Shown: positions 12,001-24,000 of the stretch, piece by piece | Layout: every line of letters starts with the position of its first letter | Numbering within the stretch: position 1 is the first letter of the stretch | NCBI GenBank assembly: GCA_964016885.1 | Contig: OZ024741.1 | Location: 10,540,001 to 10,604,000, forward strand | Source: Eledone cirrhosa | Lineage: Eukaryota | Reading direction: 5' to 3' | DNA: 64,000 nt | Position numbers and translations under genes: made by a program | The notes under the pieces: generated by a model | The model's database searches: none | Told to the model about the DNA's origin: nothing | What the model saw: the letters and a program-made list of their open reading frames with translations, nothing else

Positions 12001-15000
12001 GTTGGTGTTGTTGTTGGTGGTGGTGGTGTTGGTGTCGTTGGTGGTGGTGGTGTTGATAGTGGTGGAGGTGGTGGCGTTGGTGTCGTTGGTGGTGGTGGTG
12101 ATAGTGGTGGCGGTGGTGGTGTTGGTGTCGTTGGTGGCGGTGGTGATAGTGGTGGAGAGGGTAGTGTTGGTGTTGTTGGTGGTGGAGGTGATAGTGGTGG
12201 AGGTGGTGGCGTTTGTGTCGTTGGTGGTGATAGTGGTAGAGGTGGTGGTGTTGGTGTTGTTGGTGGTGGTGATAGTGTTGGAGTTGGTGGTGTTGGTGTT
12301 GGTGGTGGTGGTGATAGTGGTGGAGGTGGAGGTGTTGGTGTTGTTGGTGGTGGTGGTGATAGTGGTGGAGGTGGTGGTGTTGGTGTCGTTGGTTGTGATA
12401 GTGGTGGAGGTGGTGGTGTTGGTATTGTTGGTGGTGGTGGTGATAATGGTGGAGGTGGTGGTGGTGGTGTTGTTGGTGGCGGTGGTGATAGTGGTGGAGA
12501 TGGTGGTGTTGGTGTTGTTGGTGGTGGTGGTGATAGTGGTGGAGGTGGTGGTGTTGGTGTCGTTGGTTGTGATAGTGGTGGAGGTGGTGGTGTTGGTATT
12601 GTTGGTGGTGGTGGTGATAGTGGTGGAGGTGGTGGTGGTGGTGTTGTTGGTGGCGGTGGTGATAGTGGTGGAGGTGGTGGTGTTGGTATTGTTGGTGGTG
12701 GTGGTGATAGTGGTGGAGGTGGTGGTGTTGGTATTGTTGGTGGTGGTGGTGATAGTGGTGGAGGTGGTGGTGGTGGTGTTGTTGGTGGCGGTGGTGATAG
12801 TGGTGGAGGTGGTGGTGTTGTTGTTGTTGGTGGTGGTGGTGATAGTGGTGGAGGTGGTGATGTTGGTGTTGTTGTTGGTGGTGGTGGTGGTGTTGGTGTC
12901 GTTGGTTGTGATAGTGGTGGAGGTGGTGGTGTTGGTGTTGTTGGTGGTGGAGGTGATAGTGGTGGAGGTGGTGGTGTTGGTGTTGTTGGTGGTGGTGGTG
13001 ATAGTGGAGTTGGTGGTGTTGGTGTTGTTGGTGGTGGCGGTGTTTGTGGTGGAGGTGGTGGTGTTGGTGTTGTTGGTGGTGGTGGTGATAGTGGTGGAGT
13101 TGGTGGTGTAGGTGTTGTTGGTGGTGATAGTGGTGGAGGTGGTGGTGTTGGTGTTGTTGGTGGTGGTGGTGATAGTGGTGGAGGTGGTGGTGTTGGTGTC
13201 GTTGGTGGTGGTGGTGATAGTGGTGGAGGTGGTAGTGTTGGTGTCGTTGGTGGTGGTGGTGATAGTGGTGGAGGTGGTGGTGTTGGTGTTGTTGGTGGTG
13301 ATAGTGGTGGAGGTGGTAGTGTTGGTGTCGTTGGTGGTGGTGGTGATAGTGGTGGAGGTGGTGGTGTTGGTGTCGTTGGTGGTGGTGGTGATAGTGGTAG
13401 AGGTGGTGGTGTTGGTGTTGTTTGTGGTGGAGGTGATAGTGGTGGAGGTGGTGGTGTTGGTGTTGTTGGTGGTGGAGGTGATAGTGGTGGAGGTGGTGGT
13501 GTTGGTGTCGTTGGTGTTGGTGGTGATACTGGTGGAGGTGGTGGTGTTGGTGTTGTTGGTGGTGGTGGTGATAGTGGTGGAGGTGGTGGTGTTGGTGTCG
13601 TTGGTGGTGGTGGTGATAGTGGTGGAGGTGGTGGTGTTGGTGTTGTTGGTGGTGGAGGTGATAGAGGTGGAGGTGGTGGTGTTGGTGTTGTTGGTGGTGG
13701 TGGTGATAAGGGTGGAGGTGGTGGTGTTGGTGTCGTTGGTGGTGGTGGTGATAGTGGTGGAGGTGGTGGTGTTGGTGTTGTTGGTGGTGGTGGTGATAGT
13801 GGTGGAGGAGGTAGTGTTGGTGTTGTTGGTGGTGGTGGTGATAGTGGTGGAGGGGGTAGTGTTGGTGTTGTTGGTTGTGGTGGTGATAGTGGTGAAGGTG
13901 GTGGTGTTGGTGTTGTTGGTGGTGGTGGTGATAGTGCTGGAGGTGGTGGTGTTGGTGTTGTTGGTGGTGGAGGTGATAGTGGTGGAGGTGGTGGTGTTGG
14001 TGTTGTTGGTGGTGGTGGTGATAGTGGTGGTGGTGGTGGTGTTGGTGTCGTTGGTGGTGGTGGTGGTGTTGGTGTCGTTGGTGGTGGTGGTGATAGTGGT
14101 GGAGGTTGTGGTGTTGGTGTCGTTGGTGGTGGTGGTGATAGTGGTGGTGGTGGTGGTGTTGGTGTCGTTGGTGGTGGTGGTGATAGTGGTGGAGAGGGTA
14201 GTGTTGGTGTTGTTGGTGGTGGAGGTGATAGTGGTGGAGGTGGTGGTGTTTGTGTCGTTGGTGGTGATAGTGGTGGAGGTGGTGGTGTTGGTGTTGTTGG
14301 TGGTGGTGGTGATAGTGGTGGAGGTGGTGGTGTTGGTGTTGTTGGTTGTGGTGGTGATAGTGGTGGAGGTGGAGGTGTTGGTGTTGTTGGTGGTGGGGGT
14401 GATAGTGGTGGAGGTGGTGGTGTTGGTGTTGTTGGTGGTGGTGGTTATAGTGGTGGAGGTCGTTGTGTTGGTGTTGTTGGTGGTGGTGGTGATAGTGGTG
14501 GAGATGATGGTGTTGGTGTTGTTGGTGGTGGTGGTGATAGTGGTGGAGGGGGTAGTGTTGGTGTTGTTGTTGGTGGTGGTGATAGTGGTGGAGGTGGTGG
14601 TGTTGGTGTTGTTGGTGGTGATAGTGGTGGAGGTGGGATTGTTGGTGTCGTTGGTGGTGGTGGTGGTGGTGGTGATAGTGGTGGAGGTGGTGGTGTTGGG
14701 GTTGTTGTTGGTGGTGGTGGTGGTGGTGTTGGTGTTGTTGGTGGTGGTGTTGATAGTGGTAGAGGTGGTGGTGTTGGTGTTGTTGGTGGTGGTGGTGATA
14801 GTGGTGGAGGTCGTTGTGTTGGTGTTGTTGGTGGTGGTGGTGATAGTGGTGGAGTTGATGTTGTTGGTGTTGTTGGTGGTGGTGGTGATAGTGGTGGAGG
14901 AGGTAGTGTTGGTGTTGGTGGTGGTGGTGATAGTGGAGGAGGTGGAGGTGTTGGTGTTGTTGGTGGTGATAGTGGTGGAGGTGGATTGTGTTGGTGTCGT

Positions 15001-18000
15001 TGGTGGTGGTGGTGATGGTGGTGATAGTGGTGGAGGTGGTGGTGTTGGTGTTGTTGGTGGTGGTGGTGATAGTGGTGGAGGTGGTGGTGTTGGTGTTGAT
15101 CATGGTGGTGGTGGTGATAGTGGTGGAGGTGGTGGTGTTGGTGTTGTTGGTGGTGATAGTGGTGGTGGTGGATTGTGTTGGTGTCATTGGTGGTGGTGGT
15201 GGTGGTGGTGATAGTGGTGGAGGTGGTGGTGTTGGTGTTGTTGGTGGTGGTGGTGATAGTGGTGGAGGTGGTGGTGTTGGTGTTGTTGGTGGTGGTGGTG
15301 ATAGTGGTTGAGGGGGTAGTGTTGGTGTTGTTGGTGGTGGTGGTGATAGTGGTGGAGGTGGTGGTGTTGGTGTTGATGGTGGTGGTGGTGGTGATAGTGG
15401 TGGAGGTGGTGGTGTTGGTGTTGTTGGTGGTGATAGTGGTGGTGGTGGATTGTGTTGGTGTCATTGGTGGTGGTGGTGGTGGTGGTGATAGTGGTGGAGG
15501 TGGTGGTGTTGGTGTTGTTGGTGGTGGTGGTGTTGGTGTTGTTGGTGGTGGTGGTGGTGATTGTAGTGGAGCGGGTAGTGTTGGTGTTGTTGGTGGTGGT
15601 GGTGATAGTGGTGGAGGTGGTGGTGTTGGTGTCGTTGGTGGTGGTGGTGATAGTGGTGGAGGTGGTGGTGTTGGTGTTGGTGGTGGTGGTGATAGTGGTG
15701 GAGGTGGTGGTGTTGGTGTTGTTGGTGGTGGTGGTGATAGTGGTGGAGGCGGTGGTGTTGGTGTTGTTGTTGGTGGAGGTGATAGTGGTGGAGAGGGTAG
15801 TGTTGGTGTTGTTGGTGGTGGAGGTGATAGTGTTGGAGGTGGTGGTGTTGGTGTTGTTGGTGGTGGTGGTGATAGTGGTGGAGGTGGTGATAGTGGTGGA
15901 GGTGGTGGTGTTGGTGTTGTTGGTGGTGGTGGTGATAGTGGTGGTGGTGGTGGTGTTGGTGTCGTTGGTGGTGGTGGTGATAGTGGTGGAGGTGGTGGTG
16001 TTGGTGTTGTTGGTGGTGGTGGTGATAGTGGTGGAGAGGGTAGTGTTGGTGTTGTTGGTGGCGGAGGTGATAGTGGTGGAGGTGGTGGTGTTGGTGTTGT
16101 TGGTGGTGGTGGTGATAGTGGTGGAGGTGGTGATAGTGGTGGAGGTGGTGGTGTTGGTGTTGTTGGTGGTGGTGGTGATAGTGGTGGTGGTGGTGGTGTT
16201 GGTGTCGTTGGTGGTGGTGGTGATAGTGGTGGAGGTGGTGGTGTTGGTGTTGTTGGTGGTGGTGGTGATAGTGGTGGAGAGGGTAGTGTTGGTGTTGTTG
16301 GTGGTGGAGGTGATAGTGGTGGAGGTGGTGGTGTTGGTGTTGTTGGTGGTGGTGGTGATAGTGGTGGAGGTGGTGATAGTGGAGGAGGTGGTGGTGTTGG
16401 TGTCGTTGGTGGTGGTGGTGATAGTGGTGGTGGTGGTGGTGTTGGTGTCGTTGGTGGTGGTGGTGATAGTGTTGGAGGTGGTGGTGTTGGTGTTGTTGGT
16501 GGTGATAGTGGTGGAGGTGGTGGTGTTGGTGTTGTTGGTGGTGGTGGTGATAGTGGTGGAGGTGGTGGTGTTGGTGTCGTTGGTGTTGGTGGTGATACTG
16601 GTGGAGGTGGTGGTGTTGGTGTTGTTGGTGGTGGTGGTGATAGTGGTGGAGGTGGTGGTGTTGGTGTCGTTGGTGGTGGTGGTGATAGTGGTGGAGGTGG
16701 TGGTGTTGGTGTTGTTGGTGGTGGAGGTGATAGAGGTGGAGGTGGTGGTGTTGGTGTTGTTGGTGGTGGTGGTGATAGTGGTGGAGGGGGTAGTGTTGGT
16801 GTCGTTGGTGTTGGTGGTGATACTGGTGGAGGTGGTGGTGTTGGTGTTGTTGGTGGTGGTAGTGATAGAGGTGGAGGTGGTGTTGTTGGTGTCGTTGGTG
16901 GTGGTGGTGATAGTGGTGGAGGTGGTGGTGTTGGTGTTGTTGGTGGTGGTGGTGATAGTGGTGGAGGGGGTAGTGTTGGTGTTGTTGGTGGTGGTGGTGA
17001 TAGTGGTGGAGGTGGTGGTGTTGGTGTTGTTGGTGGTGATAGTGGTGGAGGTGGGAGTGTTGGTGTCGTTGGTGGTGGTGGTGGTGGTGGTGATAGTGGT
17101 GGAGGTGGTGGTGTTGGTGTTGTTGTTGTTGGTGGTGGTGGTGGTGTTGGTGTTGTTGGTGGTGGTGTTGATAGTGGTAGAGGTGGTGGTGTTGGTGTTG
17201 TTGGTGGTGGTGGTGATAGTGGTGGTGGTGGTGATGTTGGTGTCGTTGGTGGTGGTGGTGATAGTGGTGGTGGTGGTGGTGGTGGTGTCGTTGGTGGTGG
17301 TGGTGATAGTGGTGGAGGTGGTGGTGTTGGTGTTGTTGGTGGTGGTGGTGGTAGTGGTGGAGGTGGTGGTGTTGGTGTTGATGGTGGTGGTGGTGGTGAT
17401 AGAGGTGGAGGTGGTGGTGTTGGTGTTGTTGGTGGTGATAGTGGTGGTGGTGGATTGTGTTGGTGTCATTGGTGGTGGTGGTGGTGGTGGTGGTGGTGAT
17501 AGTGATGGAGGTGGTGGTGATGGTATGTTGGTGGTGGTGGTGATAGTGGTGGAGGTGGTGGTGTTGGTGTTGTTGGTGGTGGTGGTGATAGTGGTGGAGG
17601 GGGTAGTGTTGGTGTTGTTGGTGGTGGTGGTGATAGTGGTGGAGGTGGTGGTGTTGGTGTTGTTGGTGGTGATAGTGGTGGAGGTGGGAGTGTTGGTGTC
17701 GTTGGTGGTGGTGGTGGTGGTGGTGATAGTGGTGGAGGTGGTGGTGTTGGTGTTGTTGGTGGTGGTGGTGGTGGTGGTGGTGTTGGTGTTGTTGGTGGTG
17801 GTGTTGATAGTGGTAGAGGTGGTGGTGTTGGTGTTGTTGGTGGTGGAGGTGATAGTGGTGGAGGTCGTTGTGTTGGTGTTGTTGGTGGTGGTGGTGATAG
17901 TGGTGGAGGAGGTAGTGTTGGTGGTGGTGGTGGTGGTGATAGTGGTGGAGGTGGAGGTGTTGGTGTTGGTGTTGTTGGTGGTGATAGTGGTGGAGGTGGA

Positions 18001-21000
18001 TTGTGTTGGTGTCGTTGGTGGTGGTGGTGATAGTGGTGGAGGTGGTGGTGTTGGTGTTGTTGGTGGTGGTGGTGATAGTGGTGGAGGTGGTGGTGTTGGT
18101 GTTGATGGTGGTGGTGGTGGTGATAGTGGTGGAGGTGGTGGTGTTGGTGTTGTTGGTGGTGGTGGTGATAGTGGTGGTGGTGGTGGTGTTGGTGTCGTTG
18201 GTGGTGGTGGTGATAGTGGTGGAGGTGGTGGTGTTGGTGTTGTTGGTGGTGATAGTGGTGGAGGGGGTGGTGTTGGTGTTGTTGGTGGTGGTGGTGATAG
18301 TGGTGGTGGTGGTGATAGTGGAGGAGGTGGTGGTGTTAGTGTCGTTGGTGGTGGTGGTGATAGTGGTGGTGGTGGTGGTGTTGGTGTCGTTGGTGGTGGT
18401 GGTGATAGTGGTGGAGGTGGTGGTGTTGGTGTTGTTGGTGGTGATAGTGGTGGAGGGGGTGGTGTTGGTGTTGTTGGTGGTGGTGGTGATAGTGGTGGAG
18501 GTGGTGGTGTTGGTGTCGTTGGTGGTGATACTGGTGGAGGTGGTGGTGTTGGTGTCATTGGTGGTGGTGGTAATAGTGGTGGAGGTGGTGGTTTTGGTGT
18601 CGTTGTTGGTGGTGGTGATAGTGGTGGAGGTGGTTGTGTTGGTGTTGTTGGTGGTGTTGGTGGTGATAGTGGTGGAGGTGGTGGTGTTGGTGCTGTTGGT
18701 GGTGGTGATGATAGTGGTGGAGGTGGTGGTGTTGGTGGTAGTGGTGGAGGTGGTGATAGTGGTGGAGGTGGTGGTGTTGGTGTTGTTGGTGGTGGAGGTG
18801 GTGTTGGTGTCGTTGGTGGTGGTGGTGATAGTGGTGGAGGTGGTGGTGTTGGTGTCGTTGGTGGTGGTGGTGATAGTGGTGGAGGTGGTGGTGTTGGTGT
18901 TGTTGGTGGTGATAGTGGTGGAGGTGGTGGTGTTGGTGTCGTTGGTGGTGGTGGTGATAGTGGTGGAGGTGGTGGTGTTGGTGTTGTTGGTGGCGGTGGT
19001 GATAGTGGTGGAGGTGGTGGTGTAGGTGTCGTTGGTGGTGGTGGAGATAGTGGTGGAGGTGGTGGTGTTGGTGTTGTTGGTGGTGGTAGTGATAGTGGTG
19101 GAGTTGGTGTTGTTGTTGGTGGTGGTGGTGTTGGTGTTGTGTGTGGTGGTGGTGATAGTGGTGGTGGTGGTGGTGTTGGTGTCGTTGGTGGTGGTGGTGA
19201 TAGTGGTGATAGTGGTGGTGGTGGTGGTGTTGGTGTCGTTGGTGGTGGTGGTGATAGTGGTGGAGGTGGTAGTGTTGGTGTTGTTGGTGGTGATAGTGGT
19301 GGAGGTGGTGGTGTTGGTGTTGTTGGTGGTGATAGTGGTGGAGGTGGTGGTGTTGGTGTTGTTGGTGGTGATAGTGGTGGAGGTGGTGGTGTTGGTGTTG
19401 TTGGTGGTGGAGGTGATATTGGTGGAGGTGGTGGTGTTGGTGTTGTTGGTGGTGGAGGTGATAGTGGTGGAGGTGGTTGTGTTGGTGGTAGTGGTGGTGG
19501 TTGTGATAGTGGTGGAGGTGGTGGTGTTCGTGTTGTTGGTGGTGGAGGTGGTGTTGGTGTCGTTGGGTGGTTGTGGTAATAGTGGTGGAGGTGGTGGTGT
19601 TGGTGTTGTTGGTGGTGGTGGTGATAGTGGTGGAGGTGGTGGTGCTGGTGTTGTTGGTGGTGGTGGTGATAGTGGTGGAGGGGGTAGTGTCGGTGTTGTT
19701 GGTGGTGGTGGTAGGTGTTGTTGGTGGTGGTGGTGATAGTGGTGGAGGTGGAGGTGTTGGTGTTGTTGGTGGTGGTGGTGATAGTGGTGGAGGGGGTATT
19801 GTTGGTGTTGTTGGTGGTGGTGGTGATAGTGGTGGAGGGGGTAGTGTTGGTGTTGTTGGTGGTGGTGGTGATAGTGGTGGAGGTGTTGGTGTTGGTGTTG
19901 TTGGTGGTGGTGGTGATAGTGGTGGAGGTGGTGGTGTTGGTGTCGTTGGTGGTGGTGGTGATAGTGGTGGTGGTGGTGGTGTTGGTGTTGTTGGTGGTGG
20001 TGGTGATAGTGGTGGTGGTGGTGGTGATAGTGGTGGAGGTGGTGGTGTAGGTGTCGTTGGTGGTGGTGGTGATAGTGTTGGAGGTGGTGGTGTTGGTGTT
20101 GTTGGTGGTGGTAGTGATAGTGGTGGAGTTGGTGTTGTTGGTGGTGGTGGTGATAGTGGTGGAGGTGGTGGTGTAGGTGTCGTTGGTGGTGGTGGTGATA
20201 GTGGTGGTGGTGGTGGTGTTGGTGTTGTTGGTGGTGGTGGTGATAGTGGTGGTGGTGGTGGTGTTGGTGTCGTTGGTGGTGGTGTTGGTGTTGGTGTTGT
20301 TGGTGGTGGTGGTGATAGTGGTGGTGGTGGTGGTGTTGGTGTCGTTGGTGGCGTTGGTGATAGTGGTGAAGGTGGTGGTGTTGGTGTTGTTGGTGGTGGT
20401 GGTGATAGTGGTGGTGGTGGTGGTGTTGGTGTAGTTGGTGGTGGTGGTGATAGTGGTGGAGGTGGTGGTGTTGGTGTTGTTGGTGGTGGTGGTGATAGTG
20501 GTGGTGGTGGTGGTGTTGGTGTTGTTGGTGGTGGTGGTGATAGTGGTGGTGGTGGTGGTGTTGGTGTTGTTGGTGGTGGTGGTGATAGTGGTGGTGGTGG
20601 TGGTGTTGGTGTTGTTGGTGGTGGTGGTGATAGTGGTGGAGGTGGTGGTGTTGGTGTTGTTGGTGGTGGAGGTGATAGTGGTGGAGGTGGTGGTGTTGGT
20701 GTTGTTGGTGGTGGTGGTGATAATGGTGGTGGTGGTGGTGTTGGTGTTGTTGGTGGTGGTGGTGATAGTGGTGGTGGTGGTGGTGTTGGTGTCGTTGGTG
20801 GTGGTGGTGATAGTGGTGATAGTGGTGGTGGTGGTGGTGTTGGTGTCGTTGGTGGTGGTGGTGATAGTGGTGGAGGTGGTAGTGTTGGTGTTGTTGGTGG
20901 TGATAGTGGTGGAGGTGGTGGTGTTGGTGTTGTTGGTGGTGATAGTGGTGGAGGTGGTGGTGTTGGTGTTGTTGGTGGTGATAGTGGTGGAGGTGGTGGT

Positions 21001-24000
21001 GTTGGTGTTGTTGGTGGTGGAGGTGATATTGGTGGAGGTGGTGGTGTTGGTGTTGTTGGTGGTGGAGGTTATAGTGGTGGAGGTGGTGGTGTTGGTGGTA
21101 GTGGTGGTGGTTGTGATAGTGGTGGAGGTGGTGGTGTTCGTGTTGTTGGTGGTGGAGGTGGTGTTGGTGTCGTTGGTGGTTGTGGTAATAGTGGTGGAGG
21201 TGGTGGTGTTGGTGTTGTTGGTGGTGGTGGTGATATTGGTGGAGGTGGTGGTGCTGGTGTTGTTGGTGGTGGTGGTGATAGTGGTGGAGGGGGTAGTGTT
21301 GGTGTTGTTGGTGGTGGTGGTGATAGTGGTGGAGGTGGTGGTGTTGTTGGTGGTGGTGGTGATAGTGGTGGCGGGGGTAGTGTTGGTGTTGTTGGTGGTG
21401 GTGGTGATAGTGGTGGAGGTGGTGGTGTTAGTGTTTTTGGTGGTGGTGGTGATAGTGGTGGAGGTGGAGGTGTTGGTGTTGTTGGTGGTGGTGGTGATAG
21501 TGGTGGAGGGGGTAGTGTTGGTGTTGTTGGTGGTGGTGGTGATAGTGGTGGAGGTGTTGGTGTTGGTGTTGTTGGTGGTGGTGGTGATAGTGGTGGAGGT
21601 GGTGGTGTTGGTGTCGTTGGTGGTGGTGGTGATAGTGGTGGTGGTGGTGGTGTTGGTGTTGTTGGTGGTGGTGGTGATAGTGGTGGTGGTGGTGGTGTTG
21701 GTGTCGTTGGTGGTGGTGGTGGTGTTGGTGTTGTTGGTGGTGGTGGTGATAGTGATGGTGGTGGTGGTGTTGGTGTCGTTGTTGTTGGTGGTGATAGTGG
21801 TGGTGGTGGTGGTGTTGGTGTTGTTGGTGGTGTTGGTGATAGTGGTGGTGGTGGTGGTGTTGGTGTCGTTGGTGGTGGTGGCGATAGTGGTGGAGGTGGT
21901 GGTGTTGGTGTCGTTGGTGGTGGTGGTGATAGTGGTGGTGGTGGTCGTGTTGGTGTCGTTGGTGGCGCTGGTGATAGTGGTGAAGGTGGTGGTGTTGGTG
22001 TTGTTGGTGGTGGTGGTGATAGTGGTGGAGGTGGTGGTGTTGGTGTTGTTGGTGCTGGTGGTGATATTGGTGGAGGTGGTGGTGTTGGTGTTGTTGGTGG
22101 TGATAGTGGTGGTGGTGGTGGTGTTGGTGTTGTTGTTGGTGGTGGTGATAGTGGTGGTGGTGGTGGTGTTGGTGTCGTTGGTGGTGGTGGTGGTGTTGGT
22201 GTTGTTGGTGGTGGTGGTGATAGTGGTGGTGGTGGTGGTGTTGGTGTCGTTGGTGGAGGTGGTGATAGTGGTGGAGGTGGTGGTGTTGGTGTTGTTGGTG
22301 GTGATAGTGGTGGAGGTGGTGGTGTTGGTGTTGTTGGTGGTGGTGGTGATAGTGGTGGAGGTGGTGGTGTTGGTGTCGTTGGTGGTGATAGTGGTCGAGG
22401 TGGTGGTGTTGGTGTCGTTGGTGGTTGTGGTAATAGTGGTGGAGTTGGTGGTGTTGGTGTTGTTGGTGGTGGAGGTGATATTGGTGGAGGTGGTGGTGTT
22501 GGTGGTAGTTGTGGTGGTTGTGATAGTGGTGGAGGTGGTGGTGTTCGTGTTGTTGGTGGTGGAGGTGGTGTTGGTGTCGTTGGTGGTTGTGGTAATAGTG
22601 GTGGAGGTGGTGGTGTTGGTGTTGTTGGTGGTGGTGGTGATTGTGGTGGAGGTGGTAGTGTTGGTGTTGTTGGTGGTGGTGGTGATAGTGGTGGAGGTGG
22701 TGGTGTTGGTGTTGTTGGTGGTGGTGGTGATAGTGGTGGAGGAGGTAGTGTTGGTGTTGTTGGTGGTGGTGGTGATAGTGGTGGAGGTGATGGTGTTGGT
22801 GTCGTTGGTGGTGGTGGTGATAGTGGTGGAGGTGGTGGTGTAGGTGTTGTTGGTGGTGGTGGTGATAGTGGTGGAGGTGGTGGTGTTGGTGTTGTTGGTG
22901 GTGATAGTGGTGGAGGTGGGAGTGTTGGTGTCGTTGGTGGTAGTGGTGGAGGTGGTGATAGTGGTGGAGGTGGTGGTGTTGGTGTTGTTGGTGGTGGAGG
23001 TGGTGTTGGTGTCGTTGGTGGTGGTGGTGATAGTGGTGGAGGTGGTGGTGTCGGTGTCGTTGGTGGTGGTGGTGATAGTGGTGGAGGTGGTGGTGTTGGT
23101 GTTGTTGGTGGTGATAGTGGTGGAGGTGGTGGTGTTGGTGTCGTTGGTGGTGGTGGTGATAGAGGTGGAGGTGGTGGTGTTGGTGTTGTTGGTGGTGATA
23201 GTGGTGGTGGTGGATTGTGTTGGTGTCATTGGTGGTGGTGGTGGTGGTGGTGGTGGTGATAGTGATGGAGGTGGTGGTGATGGTGTTGTTGGTGGTGGTG
23301 GTGATAGTGGTGGAGGTGGTGGTGTTGGTGTTGTTGGTGGTGGTGGTGATAGTGGTGGAGGGGGTAGTGTTGGTGTTGTTGGTGGTGGTGGTGATAGTGG
23401 TGGAGGTGGTGGTGTTGGTGTTGTTGGTGGTGATAGTGGTGGAGGTGGGAGTGTTGGTGTCGTTGGTGGTGGTGGTGGTGGTGGTGATAGTGGTGGAGGT
23501 GGTGGTGTTGGTGTTGTTGGTGGTGGTGGTGGTGGTGGTGGTGTTGGTGTTGTTGGTGGTGGTGTTGATAGTGGTAGAGGTGGTGGTGTTGGTGTTGTTG
23601 GTGGTGGAGGTGATAGTGGTGGAGGTCGTTGTGTTGGTGTTGGTGGTGGTGGTGATAGTGGTGGAGGAGGTAGTGTTGGTGTTGGTGGTGGTGGTGATAG
23701 TGGTGGAGGTGGAGGTGTTGGTGTTGGTGTTGTTGGTGGTGATAGTGGTGGAGGTGGATTGTGTTGGTGTCGTTGGTGGTGGTGGTGATAGTGGTGGAGG
23801 TGGTGGTGTTGGTGTTGTTGGTGGTGGTGGTGATAGTGGTGGAGGTGGTGGTGTTGGTGTTGATGGTGGTGGTGGTGGTGATAGTGGTGGAGGTGGTGGT
23901 GTTGGTGTTGTTGGTGGTGGTGGTGATAGTGGTGGTGGTGGTGGTGTTGGTGTCGTTGGTGGTGGTGGTGATAGTGGTGGAGGTGGTGGTGTTGGTGTTG